Below are positions 61,901 through 64,000 of a stretch of DNA of 64,000 bases, in pieces. The position numbers were made by a program, and so were the translations under genes. Every line of letters begins with the position of its first letter. Within the stretch, counting starts at the first letter, position 1. This stretch comes from Amoebophrya sp. A120 (taxonomy: Eukaryota > Protista > Dinoflagellata), in assembly GCA_905178155.1 (NCBI GenBank), contig CAJINV010000001.1, positions 13,204,635 to 13,268,634 of the forward strand, given 5' to 3'. Under the pieces are notes generated by a model. The model searched no databases and was not told where the DNA came from. It saw only the letters and a list, made by a program, of their open reading frames with translations.

Positions 61901-64000
61901 ACTTCATCCCACAGCGATCGCAACATGCGGATGGCCTGCGCGACCTCGTGCGTTTCCAAGCGTACCAGCACTTCCTGTAGCTCCACCCTCTCTGGTAGCA
62001 ACTTCTCCGCCCGTCGTTCGATTTCCTTCTGCTGCGGCCCGCCCTCGTTTTCGTCGTGCTCCTCGAAGCGCTGCACGAAGTAGGCTAAGACTCGGTCCGC
62101 GACCACGGCGCGTTGCGCGATGTACAGCCCCTCGTGGGACTTCAAGGTTTGCCGGATGTTATCCAGATCCGCCCGCAACATGTCGCTTGCGGAAGTGATG
62201 ATGTACAGCGCCGTCGGGGCGGCGGTGTTCTCCACCTTCGTTCCTAAAACGTCGTAGATGGTCAGGAACCGCGCCAGGAAAAATTGCTCCAATTGCGCGA
62301 TCTCCTCGATGGCGTTTATCAGCATCTGGTTCTTCTGTCGCAGAGGCATGGAACTCTTCATGGTCTCCTCCGACAAAACCGTCTGCAAGCGGTGCTGACG
62401 GAGCAGCTCCCACAGGCCTCGGACGTAGCGGACAATGTCGAGCGTGACCGTGCGGACTAGGGAATTTACCGTTGAATTGCTGCTGCGGAAGTAGTTCATG
62501 GAAATGTGCCGAGCGCGCTGCAGAATATGCCGATCCTGCGGGAATTCGCCCAGGGGCTCGAAGATAAAGGCGCGCGGCACCAACTCATCTTTCGTGCTCA
62601 GGGTTCCAAAACCCTCCGTCAACGCCGCGTGGTGGTCTCGGCCCGGCATGAAGTCAAGTAAGCGCTCGCGAAGCAAACCGGTCACGTCTGTTGGTTGGTT
62701 TTTTGGATAACGATAAACTACAGTCCATTATACTTACTGGTTCGAAATCCAATTTATTATGCCATAACCAGAAAATCATCAAGAGCGATGCAAAAGCGAA
62801 ACATCTTCACATACGACCACATAAGTAGTACCAGGAAATAAAGAAATAACGATCCAAAGTTGTCCTATCTATAAGTCAGAAAAAGCCTACCGGTGGTGCC
62901 CCCCTGTTTCAAACGGTGGATTTCGTCTCTTCTCAACCTTTCCAAGTCGTAGACGAAGCAGTTCTTCATGAATTCGCGCACCGCGTTGATCAGAGTGCGG
63001 TATTTGGCCGCGATCCTAGGTTCGTCGCGCTCCAGCGTCCCCGGGAGGAGGCCCATGTTGTCCCCGCCCTCCGGAAGTTTCTCCACTGCGTTCTGGTAGG
63101 CGCCGGGAAGCCGGCGACGGAAGTCCTTCTCGGCCTTGTCCAAACTGTCCTCAAACAGCCTACGAGTCTCGGACAAAAAGTTGGAGATCGACGCGTTTTC
63201 GACACTGTAGAACTGGGCCTCGGCCTGCTCGGGCGTGAGGCCCTCCTTGGCCGCCTCCTCGAGCCGTTTCTTGGCGATCTCGCGATCCTGCTGCAAGGCG
63301 TCCCGCAACTGCGCGAAGATGGTCCGCTCGTCGCACACCAGCGTGATGTAGTGCTCGATGTACTCCTCGATCATGTGGCGCTCGTGCTTGTGCAGCCCGG
63401 GTTCCCAGGGGAGCCGGCTAATGTCAATTTCTTTGGGGTTCAGCTGCCGCTGGTCCGCCGGGTCGTTGATGGACCTACCGCGCAGAATCCGGCGGTACAC
63501 GTTATCCACCATGTCCCGGGCCGCCTTATCGATGAAGTCCTGCCGGGTGATCTCGGTGTGCGCGCGCTCGTCGACCTGCCGTGTGACGGCCATAATCACG
63601 TCCGCGATTGCCTGGTCGTCTTGAAAACTCGGGTCCTGCTCGTAGACGTGTTGCTTCGCCAGCGACATCAGCTCGAGCAGCGTCGCCTGCGCGTTAATCC
63701 TGCCCTTCTTGCTGTCGGCGTCCTCGTAAAAATCGGTCCGGACATTGACAGTTTTCAAATGTTCGATGAAGAAATTCGCAAACTGCCGCACGTCCACCGC
63801 CGAGCGCTTGTGCGCGTTTTCCAGCACGTCGACCGCGTGGGGAAGCAGGTACTGGAGGCACTTCTGGAAACCCTCGTCGGGATCCGGAATGGCGGTGTCC
63901 TTTAGGGCCTTTAACGCGTTCCTGTACTCCTTATCCCACTGCTTCATATGCAGAGCATCCCGGTCAACCAACTTCTTCATGGCGCGTTGCCTGTTGTGCG
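58957..64000 (-). CDS. Large unknown protein (>1,600 aa), helical in character, probably 5'-truncated by the window
   Basis: 371-aa and 1242-aa ORFs joined in phase by a GT-AG intron at 62688-62890. Strong GC3 coding bias. No domain recognised. Confidence 0.8.

Noticed and set aside
1-64000. Dinoflagellate spliced-leader relics, tRNA/rRNA genes, CRISPR arrays
   Set aside because: None recognised by eye. A tRNAscan/Infernal run would be needed to exclude small RNAs.

Overview
This is eukaryotic, intron-containing genomic DNA in which every recognisable gene lies on the minus strand. The one-strand layout, Ser/Thr/Gln-rich insertions and inverted-repeat non-canonical introns suggest a parasitic dinoflagellate of the Amoebophrya/Syndiniales type (inference). 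Genes from left to right: a single-chain LCB2-LCB1 serine palmitoyltransferase; two paralogous signal-peptide + CS(p23-like) + C-terminal xxEL proteins flanking an IQANK1-like ankyrin gene; a very long CNOT4/Not4; small hypothetical ORFs; a ~2,440-aa predicted secreted protein with a split ParB-like domain; RPS12; an ABCG half-transporter; VPS16; and a large unknown gene running off the right edge. The main unusual system is nine 252-322 bp elements from four terminal-inverted-repeat (TIR) families inserted in coding exons. All begin TAT, end ATA, are flanked by a 5-bp direct repeat and carry an internal TTGTSATGC-like motif (degenerate in one). Two families occur in both orientations relative to transcription. 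None can be read as GT-AG or GC-AG, yet removing the element plus one repeat copy restores the reading frame in 9 of 9 cases. They behave as transposon-derived, orientation-independent, precisely removed introns (or DNA-level excised segments) sitting beside ordinary GT-AG introns in the same genes.
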